Below the pieces are notes generated by a model. That model did no database searches and had not been told where the DNA came from. It was given only the letters and a program-made list of their open reading frames with translations. The translations under genes were made by a program, and so were the position numbers. Shown in pieces: positions 47,156 through 56,082 of a stretch of DNA of 64,000 nucleotides. The stretch is from Minisyncoccota bacterium (GTDB taxonomy: Bacteria; Patescibacteriota; Minisyncoccia; Phycocordibacterales; UBA9973): contig JANOFO010000007.1 of the NCBI GenBank assembly GCA_031413715.1, positions 26,338-90,337 of the forward strand. The letters are read 5' to 3'. The stretch's first letter is position 1; each line of letters opens with the position of its first letter.

Positions 47156-48240
47156 ACTCCCTCTTTTTTGAGTTCTTCTATTAGCTCTTTTGATTTTTTT
47201 GATATCTTGGATGGCATTTTGATTTGGATGCGCAGGATTATGTCGCCACGGCCACGAGTCGAAGGAACACCTTTGCCTTTTACTCGAAGAAGCTCACCAT
47301 GATTTATACCTTCTGGGATTTTCACTTCTACTGTATTGCCTTCCAAAATTTTTAGATTGTAGTTCATACCAAGTAGTGCATCAGATAGCTTAATGGGCAA
47401 ATCAAGAGTCAGATTAAAACCATCTCGCCTAAATGTAGGGTGAGATTTCACGTTGATCTTGATATATAAGTCACCAGACTCTCCGCCAGACACTGCCTCG
47501 CCCATGCCCGTCATGCGTACCATCTCACCAGCATTTATGCCTGCTGGAATCTTGATCTCTATTTCTTCTTGTTTTTGCCTTACGCCTACACCATGACACT
47601 CTACACATTTCTCTTTCGAAGTTTTACCTTGTCCATGACATACGTCACAAGTCTTTGTAGTTTGGAATGTTCCCAAGATTGAGCGCTTCATCTCTCTGAT
47701 CTGTCCATTGCCGTTGCAAGTCTTGCAGGTGTCCATCTTGGTACCTGGCTTGCCACCTGTGCCTTTACAAATATCGCATTTGGATTGCTTGGTTAGTAAG
47801 ATTTTTCTTGTGACTCCGAAAACAGAATCTTCAAAAGATAAGTCAATCTCAGTAGAGATATCTCGGCCTCTCTTCGCCTGTCTGCCACGACCTCCACCAC
47901 CAAAGAAATCTCCAAAGATATCTCCTAGGTCTCCCATATCAAACTCTGCTCCACCATTCTGGAAACCGGAAAAATCAAACCCTCCAAATCCTTGCCCCGT
48001 CCCGCCGTAGCCTCCGGCGGAGTGGGATGGACCATCTGCACCAAAGCGATCATATTGAGCTCGCTTCTGGTCATCAGAAAGAGTCTGGTAAGCTTGATTC
48101 ACCTCCTTGAACTTTGAATCATCTCCCTTGTTCTTGTCAGGATGATATTTGTGCGCGAGTTTATGGTACGCCTTCTTTAGCTCCTCCTTCGAAGAATCTT
48201 TTGAGACACCGAGTATATTGTAATAGTCTTTATTAGCCAT
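47152..48240 (-). CDS. dnaJ: molecular chaperone DnaJ
   Basis: J domain with HPD (KYHPDKN), G/F-rich linker, and four CxxCxGxG zinc-finger repeats. Confidence 0.9.
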   Translation of the reverse strand: MANKDYYNILGVSKDSSKEELKKAYHKLAHKYHPDKNKGDDSKFKEVNQAYQTLSDDQKRAQYDRFGADGPSHSAGGYGGTGQGFGGFDFSGFQNGGAEFDMGDLGDIFGDFFGGGGRGRQAKRGRDISTEIDLSFEDSVFGVTRKILLTKQSKCDICKGTGGKPGTKMDTCKTCNGNGQIREMKRSILGTFQTTKTCDVCHGQGKTSKEKCVECHGVGVRQKQEEIEIKIPAGINAGEMVRMTGMGEAVSGGESGDLYIKINVKSHPTFRRDGFNLTLDLPIKLSDALLGMNYNLKILEGNTVEVKIPEGINHGELLRVKGKGVPSTRGRGDIILRIQIKMPSKISKKSKELIEELKKEGV

Positions 48241-48329
48241 GTTATTTATTTCGTAGTAACCTGTCCCGTAGTGAGTCCTGTCGGAAGACAGGTGTATTTA
48301 ACTCTACTACTGGGATCTTTCGCCATAGT

Positions 48330-50225
48330 TTATTTCTGCTCCGGATTCTCATTAACCTCGGCATCTTTGACTTCTTGAGCTTGTTCTTCCGGAGTTTTAG
48401 TTTCAGTTCCAGGGGCAGGTTCTACCTTGCTCATCGCTTCGCCGATTTTCGAGAGTTCAGTTGTAAGCGCTTCGAGTGAAGCTTTGATAGCTGCGACATC
48501 AGTACCCTCCTTTGCAGTTTTTACTGCAGTAAGCTTTTCTTCTACACTTGCTTTTAATTCTGGGGTAACTTTATCTCCGTATTCTTTTAAAGATTTCTCT
48601 GCGGAGAAGATCATCATTTCTGCTGTATTTTTTTCATCTACAAGTGCTTTCTTTTTTTCATCTTCATCTTTATGTGTTTCTGCCTCATCTTGCATACGCT
48701 TGATATCTGCATCTGTGAGGCCTGAAGAGGCTTCAATACGGATAGATGATTCTTTCCCGGATGCCTTGTCTTTTGCTTTCACATTGAGTATGCCGTTAGC
48801 GTCAACGTCAAACGTGACTTCAACCTGGGGCATTCCGCGAGGTGCAGGTGGTATATCACCCAAGATAAATCGCCCTAAAGATTTGTTGTCCGATGCCATA
48901 GGACGCTCGCCTTGAGTAATATGAATTTCCACGCTTGTCTGGTTGTCGGCAGCAGTCGAGAAGACTTGGCTCTTTGAGCTAGGGATTGTAGTATTACGCT
49001 CTACGAGCTTCGTAGCGACTCCTCCAAGAGTCTCTATGCCGAGTGATAGCGGTATAACGTCTAGAAGAAGAACGTCCTTCACATCGCCCTGTAGGACTCC
49101 TGCTTGGACTGCTGCACCAAGGGCTACAACTTCATCTGGGTTAATAGTTCTATTTGGTTCTTTGCCATTAAAGAATTTCTTTACGGCTTCAACAATCGCT
49201 GGCATCCGAGTCTGTCCACCAACCATTATGATTTCATTGATCTCACTCATCTTGAAAGGACTTGCTTCCATCGCGCGCTTGGTGATCTCTATAGAGCGAT
49301 CAATGTATTCTTGAGAAAGATCCAGAAGCTTTGCTTGGTTCATCTTGAGAAGTAAATGCTGAGGACCGGCATCTGTGGATGTTATGAACGGGATGTTTAT
49401 CTCTGTCTCCGGAGTAGTCGAGAGTTCGATCTTGGCCTTTTCTGCCGCTTCATCAAGACGCTGGAGCGCAAGCGGATCGCGGGTTACATCTACACCTGAT
49501 TGCTTTTTGAACTCATCAGCAATCCAAGCGATGATTTTCTGGTCGATATCACGGCCTCCCATATGTGAATCACCATCGGTAGACTTAACTTCAATTACAT
49601 CGTTTGAGACTTCAAGAACTGACACATCGAAAGTACCACCTCCGAAGTCATAGACGACAATTTTTTCATCTTTCTTTGTATTGAATCCATAAGCAAGTGC
49701 TGCGGCTGTCGGTTCATTGATAATTCTTTTCACATCAAGACCTGCAATCTGGCCTGCATCCTTTGTGGCTTTTCTTTGTGCATCGTTGAAATATGCAGGT
49801 ACGGTAATAATAGCCTCTGTGATTTTCTCACCAAGCTTTGCTTCAACATCTGCTTTTATTTTAGCAAGTATCATCGCAGAAATTTCTTCTGGACGATTCC
49901 ATTTATCGCCGATATTTACTTCAACTCCACCATCTTTTCCTTTTTGAATCTTGAATGGCGCAGTTTTCTGTGTCTTTTGTATTTCAGGATCTTCAAACAT
50001 GTGACCCATGAAGCGCTTGATTCCATAGATTGTATTCTGCGGATTTGTAACTGCCTGACGCTTCGCAAGAAGGCCGACAAGCCGATCGCCATTTTTACCT
50101 ATCGCAACGATTGATGGCGTAGTTCTTGCTCCCTCTACATTCTCAATTATCTTCGGCTGTCCACCTTCGATAATCGCTACTGCACTATTTGTTGTACCCA
50201 AATCTATTCCTATTATTTTTGACAT
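48330..50225 (-). CDS. dnaK: molecular chaperone DnaK (Hsp70)
   Basis: [18 protein letters not shown] and the rest of the full Hsp70 architecture. Confidence 0.95.
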   Translation of the reverse strand: MSKIIGIDLGTTNSAVAIIEGGQPKIIENVEGARTTPSIVAIGKNGDRLVGLLAKRQAVTNPQNTIYGIKRFMGHMFEDPEIQKTQKTAPFKIQKGKDGGVEVNIGDKWNRPEEISAMILAKIKADVEAKLGEKITEAIITVPAYFNDAQRKATKDAGQIAGLDVKRIINEPTAAALAYGFNTKKDEKIVVYDFGGGTFDVSVLEVSNDVIEVKSTDGDSHMGGRDIDQKIIAWIADEFKKQSGVDVTRDPLALQRLDEAAEKAKIELSTTPETEINIPFITSTDAGPQHLLLKMNQAKLLDLSQEYIDRSIEITKRAMEASPFKMSEINEIIMVGGQTRMPAIVEAVKKFFNGKEPNRTINPDEVVALGAAVQAGVLQGDVKDVLLLDVIPLSLGIETLGGVATKLVERNTTIPSSKSQVFSTAADNQTSVEIHITQGERPMASDNKSLGRFILGDIPPAPRGMPQVEVTFDVDANGILNVKAKDKASGKESSIRIEASSGLTDADIKRMQDEAETHKDEDEKKKALVDEKNTAEMMIFSAEKSLKEYGDKVTPELKASVEEKLTAVKTAKEGTDVAAIKASLEALTTELSKIGEAMSKVEPAPGTETKTPEEQAQEVKDAEVNENPEQK

Positions 50226-50263
50226 ATGTTTTTTATGTAATTAACTATTAATTTAGATTCAGA

Positions 50264-50560
50264 TTAACTAAAAATATTTACAAGAATCATTTCAAGAAAA
50301 ATTATAGTTATTACTCCAAGAAAGAAGCCAAATATACCTGAACGTTTACTTTGAGATCTTTCTATCCAGTAAGCCATCTTAAATTTCTCTACGTTAGACA
50401 TATTAAAAAATTTTACTATATCTCCATGATCTATCTCTTCAAAAGTTTTACCTTTATATTCAAATGGAATCTTTCCTGTTGAATCAAATTCAATTCCCCA
50501 GTTTTTATGATTCCTTTTTGAAATTAAAGTTTCAATATCTTTAACATCTTTTTCTTCCAT
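50264..50560 (-). CDS. hypothetical protein with C-terminal TM helix
   Basis: 98 aa, no recognisable domain. Lies between dnaK and the PaaX-like gene. Confidence 0.4.
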   Translation of the reverse strand: MEEKDVKDIETLISKRNHKNWGIEFDSTGKIPFEYKGKTFEEIDHGDIVKFFNMSNVEKFKMAYWIERSQSKRSGIFGFFLGVITIIFLEMILVNIFS

Positions 50561-50654
50561 ATTCTTATTCTATACTAACTATTTATTTTTGACAAGTATT
50601 TCGTGACCACGAAAACCCTGTTGATATTATATTTATGGGTGATATAATGTCAAT

Positions 50655-51230
50655 ATGCACAATCAAAAGCCCCGTCCGACCGGTAGGCCATCCGGGCGGG
50701 CATCAATTCAGAAGGCAATACTTAAAATTTTAGCTAATAAGAAGGCTATTTCTCTAGATTCCATACAAGAGGCTGCAGAAGAGGCTAAATTACCTCAAAA
50801 TCAAGACAATAAGGCTAATTATGCCATTACTCGCTCCATCAAAAACCTTGTCTCTGATGGACTTGTAGAGGCTTTTAACTCTGAACATAAACAGTATTTC
50901 CGGCTGACTCCAGATGGCAAGAGCAGGCTCAACAACCTGACCCTAGATACCAATGGAAGCCTCGTCTCCACTCATTGGGATGGTTACTGGCGCATAGTCC
51001 TCCTAAACCTGCCTGAAGATCGTAAAAGTGAGCGCGAAGCTCTCCGCTACCTACTCAAGAAAGCGGGGTTTGTATGTGTGAAAAATTCTGTATGGGTATC
51101 TATGTACCCTTTCGAGCATTTATTCACGAATATTAAAAAAGATTTAGGTTTGACTACAGAGCTCATCATCATGGTTACCGATAAGCTTGATGAAGATACA
51201 GAGGAAGCATTTTTGAAACTCATAAAATAA
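50655..51230 (+). CDS. PaaX-family-like transcriptional regulator (wHTH + PaaX C-terminal-like domain)
   Basis: N-terminal winged-helix (ILKILANKKAISLDSIQE...LVSDGLVEA...YFRLTPDG). C-terminal WDGYWRIVLLNLPEDRKSEREALRYLLKKAGFVCVKNSVWVS resembles the PaaX C-domain. A promoter TTGATA-N16-TATAAT sits 6 nt before the ATG. Confidence 0.55.
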   Translation: MHNQKPRPTGRPSGRASIQKAILKILANKKAISLDSIQEAAEEAKLPQNQDNKANYAITRSIKNLVSDGLVEAFNSEHKQYFRLTPDGKSRLNNLTLDTNGSLVSTHWDGYWRIVLLNLPEDRKSEREALRYLLKKAGFVCVKNSVWVSMYPFEHLFTNIKKDLGLTTELIIMVTDKLDEDTEEAFLKLIK

Positions 51231-51250
51231 AATCCCTCAACGAGGGATTT
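51230..51250. terminator. bidirectional intrinsic terminator (AAATCCCTC-aac-GAGGGATTT)
   Basis: Hairpin flanked by A/T runs at the convergence point of the PaaX-like gene and the grpE-tail cassette. Confidence 0.7.
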
Positions 51251-51412
51251 TATTTTATGTTCTTATTAATAAATTTATGCTTCTTTAAGAAATTTACTAC
51301 TGGTTTTCCGCAACTTAAACAAAAATCTTTTTCCTTGAAAACACCGACACCTGCTCTTACAGTATCACCTTTTATATTCTTTTTACAGATGTCGCATTTG
51401 GTGAGATGCATA
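51250..51412 (-). CDS. candidate 52-aa zinc-ribbon micro-protein (CxxC...CxxC)
   Basis: Sequence MHLTKCDICKKNIKGDTVRAGVGVFKEKDFCLSCGKPVVNFLKKHKFINKNIK, 14 nt downstream of the 78-aa gene. Below the track length cutoff. Confidence 0.35.
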
Positions 51413-51426
51413 ATAATTAGGTTAAT

Positions 51427-51663
51427 TTATGCAACCACAAACGGAGTGATGGTCCACTTGGATCCTTCTTTTCTAGCTTCAACAACTTTTGATTTATTCT
51501 TTATATTATTTTCAGTACTAGCATTAAAAACACGATCTCCCTTAATGGAAATAAAAACATGCGCACCATTTGGGATCTTGGCATATAAATCCGGATGCTT
51601 ATTTAAATATTGATCAAATTCTAAAGAAAGCTCAATATTTTTTTCTATAATTTTCTTAGTCAT
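51427..51663 (-). CDS. hypothetical small protein (78 aa)
   Basis: Overlaps the upstream 106-aa gene by 4 nt. No confident family. Confidence 0.4.
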   Translation of the reverse strand: MTKKIIEKNIELSLEFDQYLNKHPDLYAKIPNGAHVFISIKGDRVFNASTENNIKNKSKVVEARKEGSKWTITPFVVA

Positions 51664-51980
51664 ATTTTATATTTTCTTCTTACTTTTATATAATTTTCCC
51701 TTATTCTGACAAAGTTCTTAATTATATAGCTTTTGGACTCAGTAAAGGCTGTATTGTTATCTGTATTTAATATTATCCTAAATTGCTTTCTTTGTAAATG
51801 ATAGGTGTGCCTATGAGACAATCCGTGACAATTATCCATTCTCATTATAGTTCTCCAACGACTGTTTATCAAGGCTGAATAATTTACTGAAAAATATGAC
51901 ACTTTCCCACGATTTTGAATGAAGAATATATCTAGTTTATCTTGATCACTTAAGAATTGTGTATACTGAGCCTTCTTCAT
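51660..51980 (-). CDS. hypothetical small protein (106 aa, His-rich motif RMDNCHGLSHRHTYH)
   Basis: Begins 4 nt after the grpE stop, so apparently co-transcribed with grpE. No confident family. Confidence 0.4.
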   Translation of the reverse strand: MKKAQYTQFLSDQDKLDIFFIQNRGKVSYFSVNYSALINSRWRTIMRMDNCHGLSHRHTYHLQRKQFRIILNTDNNTAFTESKSYIIKNFVRIRENYIKVRRKYKI

Positions 51981-51983
51981 GAT

Positions 51984-52595
51984 CTATTTTTTATATTCGT
52001 AAATATTTACTCTCGCTGGGCGGATGACTCTCTCGCCTATTTTGTATCCAGATTGAATGATGCTTTCTATGGTATGATCTTTGGATTCGTCTTCTGTGGT
52101 AATTGATTCTATTGATTCATGTAGCATCGGGTCAAATTTTGCTCCTACCTCTGCGATAGGCGTGATGTTATTATCTGCAAGTGCTTGGAGGAATTTTGAT
52201 CGTATGTACTCTATGCCTTGTCGCCAGTTCTTATCTACTGCTTCCCATGCAGATTTGTTGCTCATAGCCATATCAAACGCATCGAGTGCAGGCAATAGTG
52301 AATCCGTAATTTTTTCTACCCCAAGTTCTTTACCGCGAGCAAATTTCATGTCAGCTTCTTTCTGAAGATTCACATAGTCGGCTTTTGCCCTCTGCCATCC
52401 AGTGAGGTACTCTTCTTTGTCTGCGCGAGCTTTTTTGATATCATCATGAAGCTTTTTAACAATGTCTTTGGCAGGCAACGCATCGCCATCTTCTGTGCTA
52501 TCCACGAAAGTTACGTCTTCAAAATCCGATTCAGTAGAATCGTCCCGAGTACCATCGAGGGAAGTTTTTATTTCTTCATCGCTCATAACGCTCAT
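51984..52595 (-). CDS. grpE: nucleotide exchange factor GrpE
   Basis: Acidic N-terminus, long helix, and C-terminal beta domain. DYVNLQKEADM...LPALDAFD matches the GrpE family. Confidence 0.85.
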   Translation of the reverse strand: MSVMSDEEIKTSLDGTRDDSTESDFEDVTFVDSTEDGDALPAKDIVKKLHDDIKKARADKEEYLTGWQRAKADYVNLQKEADMKFARGKELGVEKITDSLLPALDAFDMAMSNKSAWEAVDKNWRQGIEYIRSKFLQALADNNITPIAEVGAKFDPMLHESIESITTEDESKDHTIESIIQSGYKIGERVIRPARVNIYEYKK

Positions 52596-52633
52596 AGTAT
52601 ACAGAAAAAGACAATTTTTTCAAACATTTATAC

Positions 52634-52675
52634 AGTTATAATCAGAGCAAGCGATAGCTTACTCTGATTATAACT
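52634..52675. promoter_or_regulatory. 14-bp perfect inverted repeat AGTTATAATCAGAG-N14-CTCTGATTATAACT upstream of grpE
   Basis: Read directly. It ends ~39 nt upstream of the grpE ATG and both arms carry TATAAT. Not the canonical CIRCE sequence. Confidence 0.6.
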
Positions 52676-52684
52676 TCAAAATAG

Positions 52685-52710
52685 AAAAAGATCCCGAAAG
52701 GGATCTTTTT
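52685..52710. terminator. bidirectional intrinsic terminator (AAAAAGATCCC-gaaa-GGGATCTTTTT) downstream of rpsI
   Basis: Perfect hairpin flanked by A and T runs. Confidence 0.75.
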
Positions 52711-52711
52711 C

Positions 52712-53125
52712 TTAGCGTTTTGACCACTGAGGTGATTTACGGGCTTTTTTGAGGCCGAATTTCTTGCGTTCGACTTGGCGAGGATCGCGCTTGAGCATTT
52801 TTGCTTTCTTGAGCGGAGAGCGAAGCTCACCATCAAACAGTACTAGAGCACGAGAGATACCGTGACGAACCGCTTCAGCTTGAGCATGAGAACCACCACC
52901 TTTGGTTGTAACAACTACTTCAAATTTCTCTGAAGGCGTAGCAGTTTCAAATGCACCAGTGACGATTTTCTTAAGTTCGGCTGTCGGAAAATAGACAACT
53001 AAATCTTTGCCATTAATTGAGTACGAAGTCTTTGATGCTTTGTAAAGACGGACAACGGCAGTTGCAGTCTTGCGTCGGCCGATTGCTCTATAATATTCTT
53101 TTGTAGATGTTTTCTTTTCTACCAT
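52712..53125 (-). CDS. rpsI: 30S ribosomal protein S9
   Basis: GRRKTATAVVRL...C-terminal basic tail ending SKR. Confidence 0.9.
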   Translation of the reverse strand: MVEKKTSTKEYYRAIGRRKTATAVVRLYKASKTSYSINGKDLVVYFPTAELKKIVTGAFETATPSEKFEVVVTTKGGGSHAQAEAVRHGISRALVLFDGELRSPLKKAKMLKRDPRQVERKKFGLKKARKSPQWSKR

Positions 53126-53129
53126 ACAT

Positions 53130-53480
53130 TTATTCTGTTATTGTTAAGCGTTTCATCATAAGTGGGCGTAGCTTGTTGGATGGAAGCATGCCATAAACAG
53201 CAAGTTCATACAAACCTTTCCAACCTTTTTCCTTAATAATCTTATCGTTGGTTGCAACTTTGAATCCTCCTGGATATCCAGAATATGTCTCATGAAGGGT
53301 TTCTCCGCGACGGCGCTCAGACATTTTCGTCTTGCCGGCATTGGTAATATATACACGTACATCAGCAACGTTATTCGCAGTATAGTCAACAGACGTTTTA
53401 CCCATCAGGAATTTTGCGGCAACGCTTGCAGCGCGTCCGAGAGTCATATTTGTGGCATCGATTGTGTGTGTTTTAGTCAT
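53130..53480 (-). CDS. rplM: 50S ribosomal protein L13
   Basis: L13 family (GRAASVAAKFLMGK...). 116 aa. Confidence 0.85.
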   Translation of the reverse strand: MTKTHTIDATNMTLGRAASVAAKFLMGKTSVDYTANNVADVRVYITNAGKTKMSERRRGETLHETYSGYPGGFKVATNDKIIKEKGWKGLYELAVYGMLPSNKLRPLMMKRLTITE

Positions 53481-53485
53481 AAGTA

Positions 53486-53839
53486 TTATACAAATTCTAT
53501 TACAGCCATTTTACTTGCATCACCTGCGCGTCGCGGCATTTTTGTAATACGCGTATATCCTCCAGCACGACCTTTGTATTTCGGAGCGATAACATCAACA
53601 AGCTTGTTTGATTCAGCAGTCAGATTATAGAGGCGAGACATTACCAAGCGCCTTGAAGCAAGAGTACCGACATTGGCCTTTGTTATCAATTTCTCGATAA
53701 AAGGACGAAGCTCCTTGGCTTTGGCTTCGGTTGTTTCTATACGGCTATGTGCTATAAGAGAAAGCATCAAGCCTTTGAGCAAGGCATGTCTTTGATTCTT
53801 ATCTCTTCCAAACTTTCGTACGTTACTGTGATGTCGCAT
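53486..53839 (-). CDS. rplQ: 50S ribosomal protein L17
   Basis: [24 protein letters not shown]... matches the L17 family. Confidence 0.9.
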   Translation of the reverse strand: MRHHSNVRKFGRDKNQRHALLKGLMLSLIAHSRIETTEAKAKELRPFIEKLITKANVGTLASRRLVMSRLYNLTAESNKLVDVIAPKYKGRAGGYTRITKMPRRAGDASKMAVIEFV

Positions 53840-53858
53840 ATAATTTCATTAATATTGA

Positions 53859-54842
53859 TTATTTGAGTGTTATACCATATCCGCCCAAGATCTTCTTGAT
53901 CTCCTGGATTCCCTTATCACCAATTCCTTCGATCTCAAGCAGATCCTCTTTCTTTTTACGAGCAATACCGCCTATGGTACGAATGTTCGCGCTATTGAGA
54001 GCGTTTAAAGTTCGAGTGGAAAGATCGAGCGTATCAATGCGAGTCTTTAGAATATCCGTGAACTCGTTGCCTTCACTTCCCGATTTGTCTTCTTTCCCAT
54101 CTTTAGACTCTTCTGTGGTGGATGACGACTCTCTTTCTATCATTTTTGACGAGATTGTAAAGCCTACGATTGCCTGTAATTGTTCTACCATAATAGTGAT
54201 AGCCTGTTCAAGTGCCTCGCGTGGAGAGAGCGTACCGTCAGTTTCAATCGTCATACGGAGTCGATTGTGGTTAGTCTTGTCTCCAACACGCATATTTTCT
54301 ACTTCGTACGAGACACGGCGGATAGGAGTGAAGATCGCATCAACTGCAATCATACCGACTTCTGTTTTATTTTTCTGATGGACATCTTTCGGTACAAAGC
54401 CTAAACCTTTCTCAACTGTCATTTCAATAGAGAGCGTAACTTTTCCAGTGATTTCTGCAATATGAAGCTCTTTGTTAAGCACTTCTACTTGCCCAGAGAC
54501 TTCTATATCACCTGCAGTAACGGTCTTTGGTCCTTTGATTGATATTTTCACTGTCTGAGGCTCATCGGTAGAGAGACGAAAACGAACTTGTTTCAAGTGA
54601 AGGAGAATTGTAATGACATCTTCTTTAACACCATCGAGCACCGAGAACTCGTGATCAGCACCTTCAATTTTGAGTGATGTAATTGCTGCACCAGATAAAG
54701 ACGAGAGTATGATGCGGCGAAGAGAGTTGCCCAGAGTATGGCCATAGCCAGGATAGAGGCCGTCAATTTCATAGACACCCTTCGTGCCTACTTCGGAGAT
54801 GATAGATAATTTTGATGGTAATATGATATTTAAATCAGACAT
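53859..54842 (-). CDS. rpoA: DNA-directed RNA polymerase subunit alpha
   Basis: N-terminal assembly domain and C-terminal HhH CTD (DLSTRTLNALNSANIRTIGGIARK). Confidence 0.9.
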   Translation of the reverse strand: MSDLNIILPSKLSIISEVGTKGVYEIDGLYPGYGHTLGNSLRRIILSSLSGAAITSLKIEGADHEFSVLDGVKEDVITILLHLKQVRFRLSTDEPQTVKISIKGPKTVTAGDIEVSGQVEVLNKELHIAEITGKVTLSIEMTVEKGLGFVPKDVHQKNKTEVGMIAVDAIFTPIRRVSYEVENMRVGDKTNHNRLRMTIETDGTLSPREALEQAITIMVEQLQAIVGFTISSKMIERESSSTTEESKDGKEDKSGSEGNEFTDILKTRIDTLDLSTRTLNALNSANIRTIGGIARKKKEDLLEIEGIGDKGIQEIKKILGGYGITLK

Positions 54843-54913
54843 ATGATATTAGAAAGTTTTAAGCTTTCTTTATTATTATTAAAAGCGAACCAAGCGTATT
54901 ACGCTAATAATGA

Positions 54914-55522
54914 TTAACGACTATAGAACTCAAGCACCGTGTTCAAATCCAAATACCCTTCAACATTTTTAGGCTTACCCTCAACGACACCAGATAAAGA
55001 CTCAGTATTGAATTTCAACCAGTTTGGCAGAGTATATTCTTTCATCTTCTTAGCCATGTCTGCAAACAGTATGCTCTTCTGACTACCACCACGAACAGCA
55101 ATCGCGTCGCCAGGATGAACTCTCTGTGATGCAACGGTAGTTTTCTTGCCATTGACTGTAACATGGCCATGAGAAACCATTTGTCGAGAAAGTCTGCGTG
55201 TATGCGCAAGACCCATTCGATAGACCACATTATCAAGACGAGTCTCTAAAAGCTCAAAGAGATATTCTGTTGCAGGAGTGTTCTTGTGAGCGACAGCTTC
55301 ATTTATATAATTTGAGAATTGACGTTCGCTTAAACCATACATAAAGCGCACTTTCTGCTTCTCAACGAATTGAAGTGCATAACCTGAAAGAGCTTTCGGG
55401 CGCTTGTTTTTCAAATGCTTGGCATGGCGAGCTTCGGACATAACAAACTTAGGTGTTTGACACTTTTCAAACACTCCTGGTCCTAAACGTCTGCAAATTT
55501 TATATTTTTGAACTGTTTTCAT
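54914..55522 (-). CDS. rpsD: 30S ribosomal protein S4
   Basis: KICRRLG N-terminal Zn-ribbon-like region and S4 RNA-binding domain. Confidence 0.9.
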   Translation of the reverse strand: MKTVQKYKICRRLGPGVFEKCQTPKFVMSEARHAKHLKNKRPKALSGYALQFVEKQKVRFMYGLSERQFSNYINEAVAHKNTPATEYLFELLETRLDNVVYRMGLAHTRRLSRQMVSHGHVTVNGKKTTVASQRVHPGDAIAVRGGSQKSILFADMAKKMKEYTLPNWLKFNTESLSGVVEGKPKNVEGYLDLNTVLEFYSR

Positions 55523-55614
55523 ATAATATTGATTAGTGTATCGTGGGAAGCGTATAGTGAGTAAGGTTTTTTGCTGTTCGCTTTACTCTATCCGCTGCTA
55601 TTCCTTAATTAAAT

Positions 55615-56064
55615 TTATACTCTACGTGGCTTCTTAGCTTTTGGACCATTGTGAGGAACCGGGGTAACATCGCGGACACCTGAAATCTCGATATCATAAG
55701 CCATAAATGCCCGGATCGTCGGCTCGCGGCCACTTCCAACACCTTTGACTTTTACATCCACTTCTTTGATTCCAAGAGCCTTAGCTTTTTCACCAATGAC
55801 AGAGCCAGCTTTTGAAGCCGCAAACGGTGTTCCCTTTTTTGCACCTTTAAATCCGAGAGATCCAGCTGATGTCCAGAATAGTGTATTGCCATCTTTATCA
55901 GATAGAACTACTTTTGTGTTGTTGAAAGTTGCTTCTACATGCAGCGTACCAGAAACAACTTTTCTCTTTGGAACTTTAACAGTTGATTTTGGTGCCTCTT
56001 CAACTTTGGCCACATCTTCTGGTTTACTTTCTTCTTCTTTAGTTATGATTTTTACTTTTCCCAT
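55615..56064 (-). CDS. rpsK: 30S ribosomal protein S11 (with N-terminal extension)
   Basis: S11 core ...GNTLFWTSAGSLGFKGAKKGTPFAA... Acidic/basic N-terminal extension. Confidence 0.9.
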   Translation of the reverse strand: MGKVKIITKEEESKPEDVAKVEEAPKSTVKVPKRKVVSGTLHVEATFNNTKVVLSDKDGNTLFWTSAGSLGFKGAKKGTPFAASKAGSVIGEKAKALGIKEVDVKVKGVGSGREPTIRAFMAYDIEISGVRDVTPVPHNGPKAKKPRRV

Positions 56065-56082
56065 ATTAATTATGTCTATTAT

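Noticed and set aside
48427-50114. Several 76-162-aa plus-strand ORFs inside dnaK
   Set aside because: They are Ser/Ala/Phe-rich antisense artefacts of the dnaK coding sequence.
51257-51613. 118-aa plus-strand ORF
   Set aside because: Antisense to the 78-aa gene and the Zn-ribbon micro-ORF, which fit the operon context. Its hydrophobic low-complexity sequence is typical of AT-rich antisense frames.
51427-51980. Assigning the overlapping 106-aa/78-aa pair to a named toxin-antitoxin or DUF4160/DUF2442 family
   Set aside because: The only similarity is a weak motif resemblance (His-rich RMDNCHG..HRH and VFISIKGDRVF). That is not enough for a family call without a profile search.
52596-52712. 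Canonical CIRCE (TTAGCACTC-N9-GAGTGCTAA) at grpE or dnaK
   Set aside because: Not found upstream of grpE (52596..52712) or dnaK (50226..50263). Only the non-canonical 14-bp inverted repeat is present.
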